Shown: one piece after another, positions 11,801 through 23,600 of the stretch
Numbering within the stretch: the stretch's first letter is position 1
Layout of the letters: every line of letters starts with the position of its first letter
Source of the DNA: Podarcis erhardii
Taxonomy: Eukaryota
Direction: 5' to 3' (one strand)
Length of the DNA stretch: 64,000 nt
Assembly (NCBI GenBank): GCA_964252035.1
Contig: OZ176200.1
The notes under the pieces: model-generated
Told to the model about the DNA's origin: nothing
Seen by the model: the letters and a program-made list of their open reading frames with translations, nothing else
Databases searched by the model: none
Translations under genes and position numbers: made by a program

Positions 11801-14800
11801 CAAAAGACTTCTTCTTTGTTTCCTGACCACGTAGATTTCTGCTTGATATTTTCTGTCTGTACTTTTTCCCCTCCTTCCTCCTCTTCCACCAGCTCCAAAG
11901 ATATCTTTCCTGATTCAACTGCAGAATCTTTCACAGTCACATCCTTTGTTCCATCAGCAGGATTGCTTGTTTTGGAAATCAAGGTCGTAAGTTGTTTGTC
12001 CATAGCCATAGCCTGCTCTTGTAAGGTTCCCACGAGAAAAAAGGCTCTTTCTATTTCTGCCAGTAATTTTCCTTCTGCAGCCATTGTAATGTCACTGATT
12101 CCCCCTAGGGGGGTTCCAGTTACTCAAAGTTCTTTACCAACAGTCTTTTACTTTGTTATTTACTTTGTTTCCAACCACTTCTAGTTAAATGTAACACCTT
12201 TAGTCCAGAGAGATATAAAGTAATTCAATTCTTATCTTTATCCATCCGTTTGACAGCTCATTTGACAGCTGTCAAACTCCTGTTCTTTTGCGCTAGGTTC
12301 ATACGCGGGACACTCCCGGGTCCGGGGGGGGGGTACACAAAAATTTCAAATTCCTCTCTTCCCTCCGGCATAAAAAGAAAACTTATTCTTTCAAATTCAT
12401 GGAATATCTTGTCAATCTCAAAAGACACAAAGTTTTTTCGATCTTAGTTCTTCACTCCTTGCTTCAAATTATCTGTATGTAGGGGGGGTGCGGACTTCCC
12501 TTTAGCACATCCCCCCCGGTCGTTCCAAATTAAAGGTATAAATTTTTTAGAATCCGAATTTCCTTCTACTCACGGGGTATTTGTTTCCAGTCCGAATTTC
12601 GGGAAGAAAGTTGACGCTCTCCGGCAATGGCTTGCGGCTTCACTCCACTGAAGTAGCGATCTACTCCCAGCACCACGCCGCTCCTCGTACCCTCTCCGTA
12701 GCCTTTAAAAAGGCTCTTCGATTGTCGAGGAGAGCGCTTAAGGTGCCCACTGAGTCACCAAGTCCACAGGTATCAGCACCTGTGGTTTCTAAGGGTCCCC
12801 GCGTCGCCGGCACGGCAAGACCCATCTTCAGCGGAGCCGATTCCCTCCGGAGCTCGGAGGGAATCCGCCATTAACCGATCGCGTCAACCCGGAAGTCCCT
12901 CTAGAAAACTTGTTCTTAACCTGAAGGGAGAGGCCTCCAATTAATATATCAATTAAATGCTGGTAAAGCACAGGCTTTTACCAAAGCAACATGAGAAGCC
13001 TCGGTGAAAGGCTCTAATCCCAGAGCAAACTTCCAGGGTTGAGGCTGTGCCACTATCATCAGCAGAGTCTTCTGGAAGCGGGAGGCTTCGCCACAGTTCA
13101 GGGACAAGGTGGTAGTACAGGCAGGTGTGTGCTGCATCCTTCTACGTGCCTGGGAGTGAGAGGTAATTGCCCCCACTCCCCCGGAAGAATCAATTCAGAT
13201 TAAATCCCCATATGTGAGTAAAGGTGGAAAAGCAGCAAGATACTGCCACTGCCTTACTTTGTGAGCTTCTGGCAACTTCACTGAGCCTCAGGGATCAGCA
13301 AACTGTACACCAGGGGGACAGACCTGGTCAACCCATGGGTGGACCTGTGTTTGTAAGTCCAACAAAACTCTTGTGGCCAAGTAGTGCATCTGTTCCTTTA
13401 CATGTCAGGGTGACTGACCTGTGGCCCTGCAGACGTTGTTTGACTCCAGTTTCTATCACTGACCATGCTGGCTGGGACTGATGGAGCCCAACAACATCTC
13501 CACGGTCACAGGTTTCCCATTCCTTTTTAAGGAGCCTTCAAGCCTCAGCCACCTCACACCAAGAGGAAGGCCCAGTACAACCTGCCTTATCTTCCTCCTC
13601 TTCTCTAACTGAGGACTCCCTCACCTGCCAATCTCCTCGTGGACATCATAATATTCAGCCAGGCGACGAGCTGTGTGTGTGGCTTCTTCTGCCCGTGCGG
13701 CGTCAGCATCTGGCACAGCTAGAGAGAACAACAGTGGGAGCAGCAGTGATAGATCAGGGGTATTGGGGGGGGGAGCATAAGCAGCACAAGACCATGACTC
13801 CTCCTGGCCCCCTTTGCCATTCACCTGGGAAGTTTCATCATCCTCATGTAGAGCTGACTCTTATCCCATTGGCCCACACTGGTACATTATTATGAGAGGA
13901 ATAAGGGTTGTGCAAATCTTTATGGGTTGTGCAAATCTTTAACAGGAAGTCCATTATGAGGGACTCCCTTATGGAATTGGGTTTAAATTAGTGGCTCCCA
14001 AATCTTTTTACCATGGACCACTTGAAAATTTCAGAGCATCTTGTTGGACCACTTAATCATTTTTCTGCCTCGTGTAGCAATTATGATGTCTTTCTTATAT
14101 ATTGTTATTCCATATAATTCAAACTTTAATACAATAAAATACAAGATGAGAAATAAAAAAAGCAGTACAAATACAATTAAAAATCAGAATCACTATTTAA
14201 TGCACTGGGTGCGCCATTCCCCATCTTCAACCTCAAATCCACGGACACACCGCAGATCACCTGAATGGGTGAATCCCTGGCTTAAACATCATTGGGGAAG
14301 GGATGAGCATCCTCATTCACACTCTGGGTGTGTTTCCAAATGCACATTTGAGAATGTAAGAACATGACAAGGCTCCTGCTTGATCAGGCTAAAGGACCAT
14401 CTGGGGTAGGACTCTGTTCTCACAGTGGCCAACTGGGCACTGTAGCTCAGCAGTAGAGTACGTGCTCCACATGCAAAAGGTCCAAGGTTCAGTTCCTGGC
14501 ATCCCCAGATAGATCAGGGGAAGACACCTGCTTAGAACTCTGTAGACAATACTGTGCTGGATTTTATAAACTGGTCTGACTGTATAAACCAGTTACCAAT
14601 GTTCCATGTAGGGTTCTTAGGCTGGAACAGAGCAGAGATAGTCAATATAGCTCCTGTGATGGGCAGGCAGTCTCTGGTTTGGTCAGGACCACTCTCAGTA
14701 TGACAGGAGCCTGGCCTTCTGCCCTTGCCTAGTCAAGTCAATGGAATCTTCTGCCTGTTGTACTAAAGCCTCTAGCTCCACCAACTGACCTCAGGGATGC

Positions 14801-17800
14801 TGGGTTGGATAGCACACACACCATCTCTAGATTTGAACATTGCCAGCTGCAATTCTAACCTTGCCTTCACACTCACCATGGTCCAGTAGGAGACCCACAG
14901 CCAACACTGCTTTTGCAGTCCTGGCACCCAACTAAAGCCCATCAGCTCTTATGACTAGCACGATATTACGTACCTGCATGGACAACCAGCTCGGCCTTGC
15001 AAGACACTTCTCCAGCCAGGTTGCGAGCGATGCACGTGTAGACCCCACTGTCCTGCTCCGTAGTGTTCAGCACAACTAGCGAGCATTCGCTCTCCTCGTA
15101 CACAAAGCTCAGGTGGTTGCTTTCCGTCAGGAGCACCTCATCCTATTGGGGATGTTTCATCAAGACAAGCCACTTGCAAACATCAGGTAGGCGGAACCAT
15201 TTCATGTGGCAGGCTTCCCCAACCTGTTGCCCTCCGGATGTTTTTGGACTACAACTCCCATCATCCCTAAGCACAGGTTGAGGAAATCTCCTTTATGGTT
15301 TTCTCTTACTGTGCTGTTGCAGGCCCAGTTTTCTTCAGGAAACTGTAAGAGGATCGAGCTTCTCTTTGAGACTCATTGTCCAAGGCCCTTTCCTCAACTG
15401 ATTCTCTTTCTGAACAAACCCAAGTGTCTCTACTTAGCTGTACTACTCAAGATGCAGGGGAAGAGAATATTAGGCAGGCCTTAATTCCATACCATTGGGC
15501 CTTGGCTATTCACATGAAAGGACAGAAGGCACATGCCCTGCTTCCAAGCACCTAGCCACTCAGAGACTCCTGACTATCTCATGTCGGGCCAAGAAGCCCT
15601 TGAGTTGGTTAGGATTGGGGAGAATCTGCTCTGCTGAGGAGAAGGCCATGGCTGAGATATCATGGGCCCTAGGAGTCCAAACTGAGAGCCACTGACAGGG
15701 TGGACACAGTAGATGCATAGACTGAAACTTAGGAACATCCTTCAGTCACAGGCAGCCTCCCCAAGACCAAGACCCACACTCACCTTGTACCACATGATGT
15801 CCGGGAGGGGTTTGCCCTCCACCACCACAGAAAACTGTGGCGTCTCGCCCACCCCAATGTCAATGTCTTCCATGATCGATTCAAAGCGGGGTGCCTCTGG
15901 GGACAGAAACACACAATCTGTTGAAGCAAGGGAAGATCCCCTCCCCTCCCTAAGTGACCCCAAAATAAATAAATTTCCCAGCTTAGTTCACTAAAGAAGC
16001 TGCCTATCTTGCTCCCTCCCTCTGGTGAAGACCTTCTCCTCTGGCCTTGTGATATCCAGCTTATGTGAAAGCCTAGGACTGAGAGCAGACTGCTGCCTCT
16101 TGTGATACCTGGCTGTGGCTTGGGTGGGCCCTAAGTCTGCTTCCAGATTCTGGGAAGAGCTTAAATGCAAGTTCTATCCCAATGGGCGAGGCTGTGACTC
16201 CATATATAAGGATGTGGGGCATGGTCGTCAGCGGAGACATGGCCGAGAGCCAAAACTGGGGATGAAGTTGGAGCATGTCAGGGGTTCTGGGCATCCCATA
16301 CCTGCCAACTCCAAGCTGATGAAGCAGTGGTCATATCCATGCTGGTTGCTCACCTCGCAGGTCATTTCCCCCACATCCCCCCTGCCCACCCGGAAGAATC
16401 GCAAGGCGTGCTGGTCATCATCGGGCATGCTCATCTCCCAGCTGGCATCGCTGTCCTTCAGCACCACACCGGACCTGGCAGGGACAAGGCAGAAGAGCAT
16501 GGGATGGGAGGCTCAGGGTTGTATTCAACATAGCGCTAAGTCAGGCACCTGCCAGCAGCACAAGGATTACTGCTAGTACAAAAGGACTTTCCCCCTGCAC
16601 ACTCACCCTTTATCTGTTCTAGGGGTTCTCCCAGGCTGGCACCTTCTGCATGCCAAACAGGTGTTCTGCCACTGAACTATGTCTCTTCCCCAAAGTGGTG
16701 GGACCCATAGGGTGGTATTCTGCTAAGAGCTCAAGGATTTCCACTTGCACAATGGGAGTTAGTAGAAGACCACCTTATAAATCCCACTACTTTGGAGAAG
16801 AGACATAGTTCCGTGGTAGAGCATCTGCTTGGCATGCAGAAGGTCCCAGGTTCATTCCCTGGTGTCTCCAGGTAGGGCTGGGAATGTTCCCTGTCAGAGA
16901 TCCACAACCAGGCACTGAACCAGATGGATTGCCGGTCTGACTCAGCATAAGGGAGCCCCCCTTTGCCACTAGCAGTTCCTTGTCACCTTGCCTCGCCAAC
17001 TGCCTCTGTGGCCTCATACCAAATCCAGGTTCCTCAGCAATTAAGAGCACAGCTCTTGCTTCTGTTCAGAATCTTAACACTGAGCTCCTGATGAGAAGCA
17101 CGACATATTTCATGGGGTGACTCATAACACAGCTCTTTTGATTAATTTGAAACATAAACATTAGCAGCATGAGGAGCTGTTGAGTCACACCTGAAACTAA
17201 AGTTATACAATATAAAAAATGTGTTATAATTCCTTTTCATGCATATTCCAATAAATTAAAAGATGGTGAGAATGAATGTTCAGCCAAACACTGTATAACC
17301 CACTCAGTGCCGTAGGTTGCTTAAATTGTGACAATTTCATCCTTGGCGTCCACCTAAGATATTTCAGCCGTATATCTGAAAGTGGGAACATGAGACGCAC
17401 AGGTGTTTGCAGAGACCCATTAGGGTACTGTTAGGGGAGAAAGCAGGGAAGCAAAACTGTGGGTGGAGCCAGAGGCAATGACAGACAGCGCTAACTAATC
17501 CCAGTTTGGTACCCATCCTTCCTGTTAAAAAGACTAAGGAAGAAGAAGCTGAGAGCCAGTACCGTCTCCTGGACTGTTTGTAACTACAAAGGCAGGCAAG
17601 TAGGGGCTGGGGTTGAGGACGATCTGGGATTGTGGGGCAGCATCCCATTCTCCTAATGGACCAGCCTCCACTGCAAAGACCTGTATCAGACAGGTGGACT
17701 TACCAAAGGGGTCATGGTTTGCCATTGCTGAGTTCAACATTTGATGGCAAACCCAGGCTTGCGCTCCAAGCTAAGGACAAAATGGCCTTTAAATTGTGAG

Positions 17801-20588
17801 TCCTTCAGTGACATCAGATTTTCTGGTGAAATTATTCTACCTCACCTTGAGCCTGGAGACTAGGGCAGGCTATAAACAAGCAATGAAATAAAACACAGCA
17901 AAAGCCAAATACCGTATTTTTCGCCCCATAGGACGCACTTTTTCCCCTCCAAAAATGAAGGGGAAATGTGTGTGCGTCCTATGGGGCAAATGCAGGCTTT
18001 CGCTGAAGCCTGGAGAGCAAGAGGCGTCGGTGCGCACCGACCCCTCTCGCTCTCCAGGCTTCGCGCAGATCTCCGCAAGCCGCGGAGAGTTGCCTGCATG
18101 CCGAAGGCTGGGCGCGCTGAGCTCAGCACACCCAGACTTCACGCACCTCTCCGCAAGCAGCGGGAGCCCTGCGCTGGGCTCCCGCTGCTTGCGGAGAGTT
18201 GCCTGTTCTGGGGGCTGGGGTCAGGGGAAGCTCGGGCTTCCCCCGCCCCAGCCCCGCGCCTGTGGGGGAAATAATTTCCCCCCCTTTATTTCCCCCCCAA
18301 AAAACTAGGTGCGCCTTATGGGACGGTGCGTCCTATAGGGCGAAAAATACGGTACCTTCCTTGCAGGCCACCCTTAGAAAAAGTCCCTCCGTCGTTTATT
18401 TTTTCTTTCCCTTTGACCCTCCTCCTCCCTTTCCCAAAGATACAAGGCAGCTGTTCTCATCCCAGATCTTAACATCATCATGGCACATGCAGTTGACTCA
18501 ACAGCCTACCAAGAAGTCTGTGAGCTGGATTCTATAGAAGTGTGACTTGGGAGCTTCCCTACCTTCTCCAGGTGACAGCAACCTCTACGTGGTTGAGGGT
18601 TACGGTGATGCTGGCCGGCTGCCCCTCCACTGCATACACCACATCCGGCTTGTCCAGGATCATGGGGGCCTCTGCTAGGTAAGGCCCTGCAAGCACAGCC
18701 ACCATAGCAGGCAACACAAGGAGGTCAGTTTGCTGTTCTAGATCGGGAATATGGAACCTGTGGTCCTCCAGAGGTTGCTAGACCACAACTCCCATAATCT
18801 CTCACCATTGGCAATGCTGGCTGGGACTATTGGGACTTGGAGGCCAACTTCTGGAGGGGACACAGGTTCCCCACCCTGGACCATCAGTATGTAGGGGAGT
18901 GGACAGATATCCAAGTTCTCAGCTAGCTAGGTTAGAATCCTGTTTTGACACATCAAACAGGAACCCTTACTTTGGGGGTTCACATTCCAGAGGCCATTCC
19001 TGAATAATTCCTGATTTATTGTACCCAGACACTGAGCCCGGAGCCGAATCTCCACTAGCCCAGAATAAGCATTATGCCAAAAGTGCTCTAATATGGGCTC
19101 TTGGCCGCAAGGGGGAAACCCACTTCTAGCAGTTCTTTCGTGGGATTTTCAATGTGTATAGAGAAGATGCCAAGCAAAGGATTCAGCAACTCTACTTCAA
19201 CAGAGAAGCTACTTCAAAGATGCTGGAGGTGGCAAGCAGTTCCGCCAAGGGAGAAAGCATTTATGGCTTTCTGCCATGGGCTCTGGAGAAACCATGACAT
19301 TAATTATATCAGAATCTTTATATTTAGGATTAGAACCTGAGTAAACCCTGCTGCCTAATTATGAGACCAGAAAGGAGCAGAAAGCTAGAAGTGCAACCTT
19401 TCCTTCTGTTTTGTTATGGGCCTTTGGCTATTTGCTTCTGTCTGAGTCTATCTAAATATGTTTCTTGTTTAACCACCAGAGCATCAGACTGAGACTGGGA
19501 AAATCTCATTTGCCCTGAGGCATCATCACTCCAGCTTGGGGTATGTGTGTGCGAGGAGACTACCATAGTGTCAGCTTCTTTTCCATTTCCCTCCTCCTAC
19601 TTCCCCACCCCCCACCACCTGTCCTCTTCCCCTTTCCCTGCTTTGACGCTGCCTTACCACGATCAAGGAGCTGCACAGCCTCAGTGGGTGGTGAGGGCTT
19701 GCTATTAGCCTTGGCTGTAGCTGTGAGTACACGGAACATGTAGCGGATGCCCTTCTTCAGAGCCAGGACGGTGTAGCTGGTATCATGTACCCCCGTGGCA
19801 ATCACAGTCCAGTGGCTGCTACCCAGGACCTGCTGCTGGATGGTGTAAGTCACAGCTGCAGGGTCTGAGAACAGAAGAAGAGAATTTCCAGCAGAGAGCT
19901 AGTGAGGCTATGCATCATTTGTCCAGAGTTAGGACTTTATGCTATGCTTGTATGCCACCCCCACTCAATACTACAGTAGTGGGGAGGCAAGGGCCTGTCT
20001 GTGAGTCACAAGGATATGGCAGGCTGTTGGGAAAACTGGATAATACTCACCCTCTGGATGATTTCTCCCCCTTAAAGCTAATTGATGCCCTTTAGGTTTG
20101 CATGAAAAACAGCTTTTGGTCAGCAACAACAGAAGTAAAACAACAAAGTAAGTTTCTAGTCCTTATAGGCTAAGAAGGATATACAGTACTTGGAAGTGTG
20201 TGAGTAACACCATCTGAAATTTTCAGGTAGCTGAATAAGATTTGTGGTAAACTGTTTTACCGGCCTGCACATATTTTGTATACCATAAAGTACAGTGGTA
20301 CCTTGGGTTACATACGCTTCAGATTACATACGCTTCAGGTTACAGACTCCGCTATCCCTGAAACAGTACCTCGGGTTAAGAACTTTGTTTCAGGATGAGA
20401 ACAGAAATCGTGCGGCAGCAGCGGGAGGCCCCATTAGCTAAAGTGGTGCTTCAGGTTAAGAACGGACCTCCGGAACGAATTAAGTACGTAACCAGAGGTA
20501 CCACTGCATACAAAATAACAGCAATTGTGCAAATTGGCTTAATTTGCAAAATGCAGCTTTTCTGAGGCGCAGCTTTGTATGTGTGGGA

Positions 20589-20635
<47 letters not shown>

Positions 20636-23600
20636 AGCAGATACACCCCTAACAACAACCCACCAGTGCTAATGCAAACACATTTTCCAGTCAGTGTATG
20701 CAAATGTGTAATGCCCCCTTTGCCTGCCAGTAGCACACAGAGAGAGTGGGCTGTACAACACATCAATGGCAGCTGTCAGTGAGAGCGGGGGCCTCACTTG
20801 CAATCGCAGCACCAGATTGTGCGCCCACCTGCCCAGTGACAACTGCCAGGCTGCCCAGCAGAGGAATCCAGTTATGTGGAATGGCCTGCCCTCTAAGATG
20901 CATTTGCCCTACAGCAGGAGAGACTGGGGCACCAGCTCCTGCACCTGACACCAAATTCTCCCAATTGACACCTCAAGCAGCTATTTCTTCACAGCCCAGC
21001 TCCTTCTCCACCCGGCTGCCACTACACTGCCACTTGCCTTCCTGGCCCTGCTTACCAATAGCTGAATCCAGCCACTTGGGCTTGTTCCATTTCAGTGTGA
21101 CTGCTCGGCCAGTGACAGCAGCTATGGCCGGCGGGCCATCAGGGGGTGTGGGCACCACATCTGTAAAAGACAAGCATGGAGGTGGGTGAGGACCCATCAA
21201 GAAAGATGAGGAGACAGGGGTATATGTACACATTATTCCTGTAAAGCACATTTGAAGCATGTTATTTCCCTCCAAGAGTTCTGAGCCCTGTAGTTTGTGA
21301 AGGGTTGCTGAGAACTGTAACAAAGTGAGGGGTAAACTGTATACCCATAATTCTTTAAGGAGCAGGGAAATGTCCTTCAAATGTGCTTTAAATATATTGC
21401 ATGTGCACAGACAGTATGTTCTGCTTTCTGATCAGGATCACCTTTGCCCCCTCCCTAGGGGATTCTGAGGCTTGCGTACTAGTCTATGTTTTTAATTAGT
21501 GGGTGCTTAAGTCACTCTTTCTAGAGTTCCAGGACTCAGTGATATTATGTGGTCTCCAATGTGTTAAAGGTTTAAACAGCAGAGAGCTGGAAGACATCTG
21601 AAGCCCTCTATATAGATGACTTGCTTGCTCCACCAGAAGATAGCTCCATGAGCAATTAAGACTGGAATCAGGCCCTTAGACTTCACATTTGCCATCCTGG
21701 GAGAGAATGATCCAAAATATTACAGAGGGGCATTCAACACCAGCACTGAGAAGATGTGTGGCGCTGCATGCCTGCAATGGGCATGACCAGAGGCAGAAGG
21801 AGAACAGGACCAGAGTCAAAAGTGACAGATCAACAGATGTGGCTCTTACCTTTGTCAAATAGGCTGCGTTCCAGCCATGCGAAAGTCGGAACTTTCTACA
21901 CCAACCCACCCTCACAACTCCAGGCAAGTGACAGGCATTGTTATAGTTCAAGGACTATATTCTAGTTCAAAGACACATTCCAGCCATGCAAAGGCACTTG
22001 AGGGTGTGGAGCAGGACAAGTGAGGGTTGTGGCCTGGGAAGTGCCCCAAGGGTTGGACGGAGAGGTCTAAAGGGTCATAGTCAGCCCTCAGGCCCAAGGT
22101 TCGCCATCCCTGGGCCCAGGCAAAGCACCTCATGGGGTGCTGATGCTGAACAGCTGCTCCTCCCACCGTTTCCCCATCCTTACCTGTGACATAGAGGTGA
22201 GCATAGCAGGTGGCCTTGCCCAGTTTGTTGGCAATGACACTTTTATAAACCCCGGCGTGGGCGTGACTGACAGAGATGAAGACCAAGCGATGCACATCCT
22301 TGTCTGCAATGGATGGTGGAAGGGAGGGAACAGAGAACATGTTACAATCTTTGTACAAAGGAACAACCAGTGAGAGCCAAAGCATACAGGTACTGACATG
22401 TTTGCTAGGGAAATGATATTAGGGACATGGGGAGGGAAGGTGTAGCAATGTGGGGGGGGGGTAGAATCCTGCAGGTGCTGCTGGGGTAAGGATGTGCTGC
22501 CTTACAGGTGTGATGGGCACAGGCAGGATGGGCCAGAGGCAGTGTAACGCAGGGGCAATGACAGCCACCTATTGTCATCCCAGCCACCTTTCGCCATTAA
22601 GAGGAGGAGAATGGGAGACAAAGAGATCTGAGTTAACCTGGACACAGTTCTGCATATGCTCCTTTGGAAATCACGGGAAACTGTGCAAGTCACAGCACAG
22701 CTCCTGTGAGGTCTGAGATGGGGAACTTCCCGGCAGATGGTCCTCATGTTAATTTGTTAAGAGAGGGGGGATCATCCAATTTTCCACTTCAAGCACCAAT
22801 ATGTTTTGGCTCAACCCTGCCTTATTTTCACTGGGAAGGGCTCAGCAAATTGCCCCCCAGCTCCAGCTGGTGCTTCTATATCAAGGCCAGTGTCAGAGGT
22901 TGGCACAGTCGGGCATCCGCTGCGACCTATGGCTCTGCAGAGGCCCCACTGCCAAGAGACTCGGGCCCCTTCCCCTTTGCCTCCTTGCCACAGCCACCTT
23001 CCTCTGGCCCAGAGGGGGGTGAGCTGAGCAAGGGGACAATGGTGGCAAGAAAGAAAAAAAGAAGCTGCTCACATAGCCACCTATCCTGCAGCTCTTTACT
23101 AGAATCATAGAATCATAGAATCATAGAGTTGGGAGAGACCACAAGGGCCATCGAGTCCAACCCCCTGCCAAGCAGGAAACACCATCAGAGCACTCCTGAC
23201 ATATGGTTGTCAAGCCTCTGCTTAAAGACCTCCAAAGAAGGAGACTCCACCACACTCCTTGGCAGCAAATTCCACTGTCAAACAGCTCTTACTGTCAGGA
23301 AGTTCTTCCTAATGTTTAGGTGGAATCTTCTTTCTTGTAGTTTGGATCCATTGCTCCGTGTCCGCTTCTCTGGAGCAGCAGAAAACAACCTTTCTCCCTC
23401 CTCTATGTGACATCCTTTTATATATTTGAACATGGCTATCATATCACCCCTTAACCTCCTCTTCTCCAGGCTAAACATGCCCAGCTCCCTTAGCCGTTCC
23501 TCATACTGGGGAAGTACATCCCCCCCTCCCAAAAAAAAGTCTGGAGGGGCCCTGTTTCCTGTGCAAAGCAGCTCACAGATGAGATAAATTACAATCACCA

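Noticed and set aside
13905-13941. Short tandem duplication GGGTTGTGCAAATCTTTA x2 (similar small ones at ~47480-47540 and ~56800-56825)
   Set aside because: Ordinary slippage duplications; not CRISPR-like or otherwise structured.
14447-14510. tRNA-like sequences (also ~10740-10800, ~16805-16860, ~30870-30926)
   Set aside because: SINE heads with A/B boxes and no complete cloverleaf; not tRNA genes.
21850-21895. Possible cassette exon with a good donor (AAG|GTAAGA)
   Set aside because: 46 nt (frameshifting), in-frame stop and no polypyrimidine tract.
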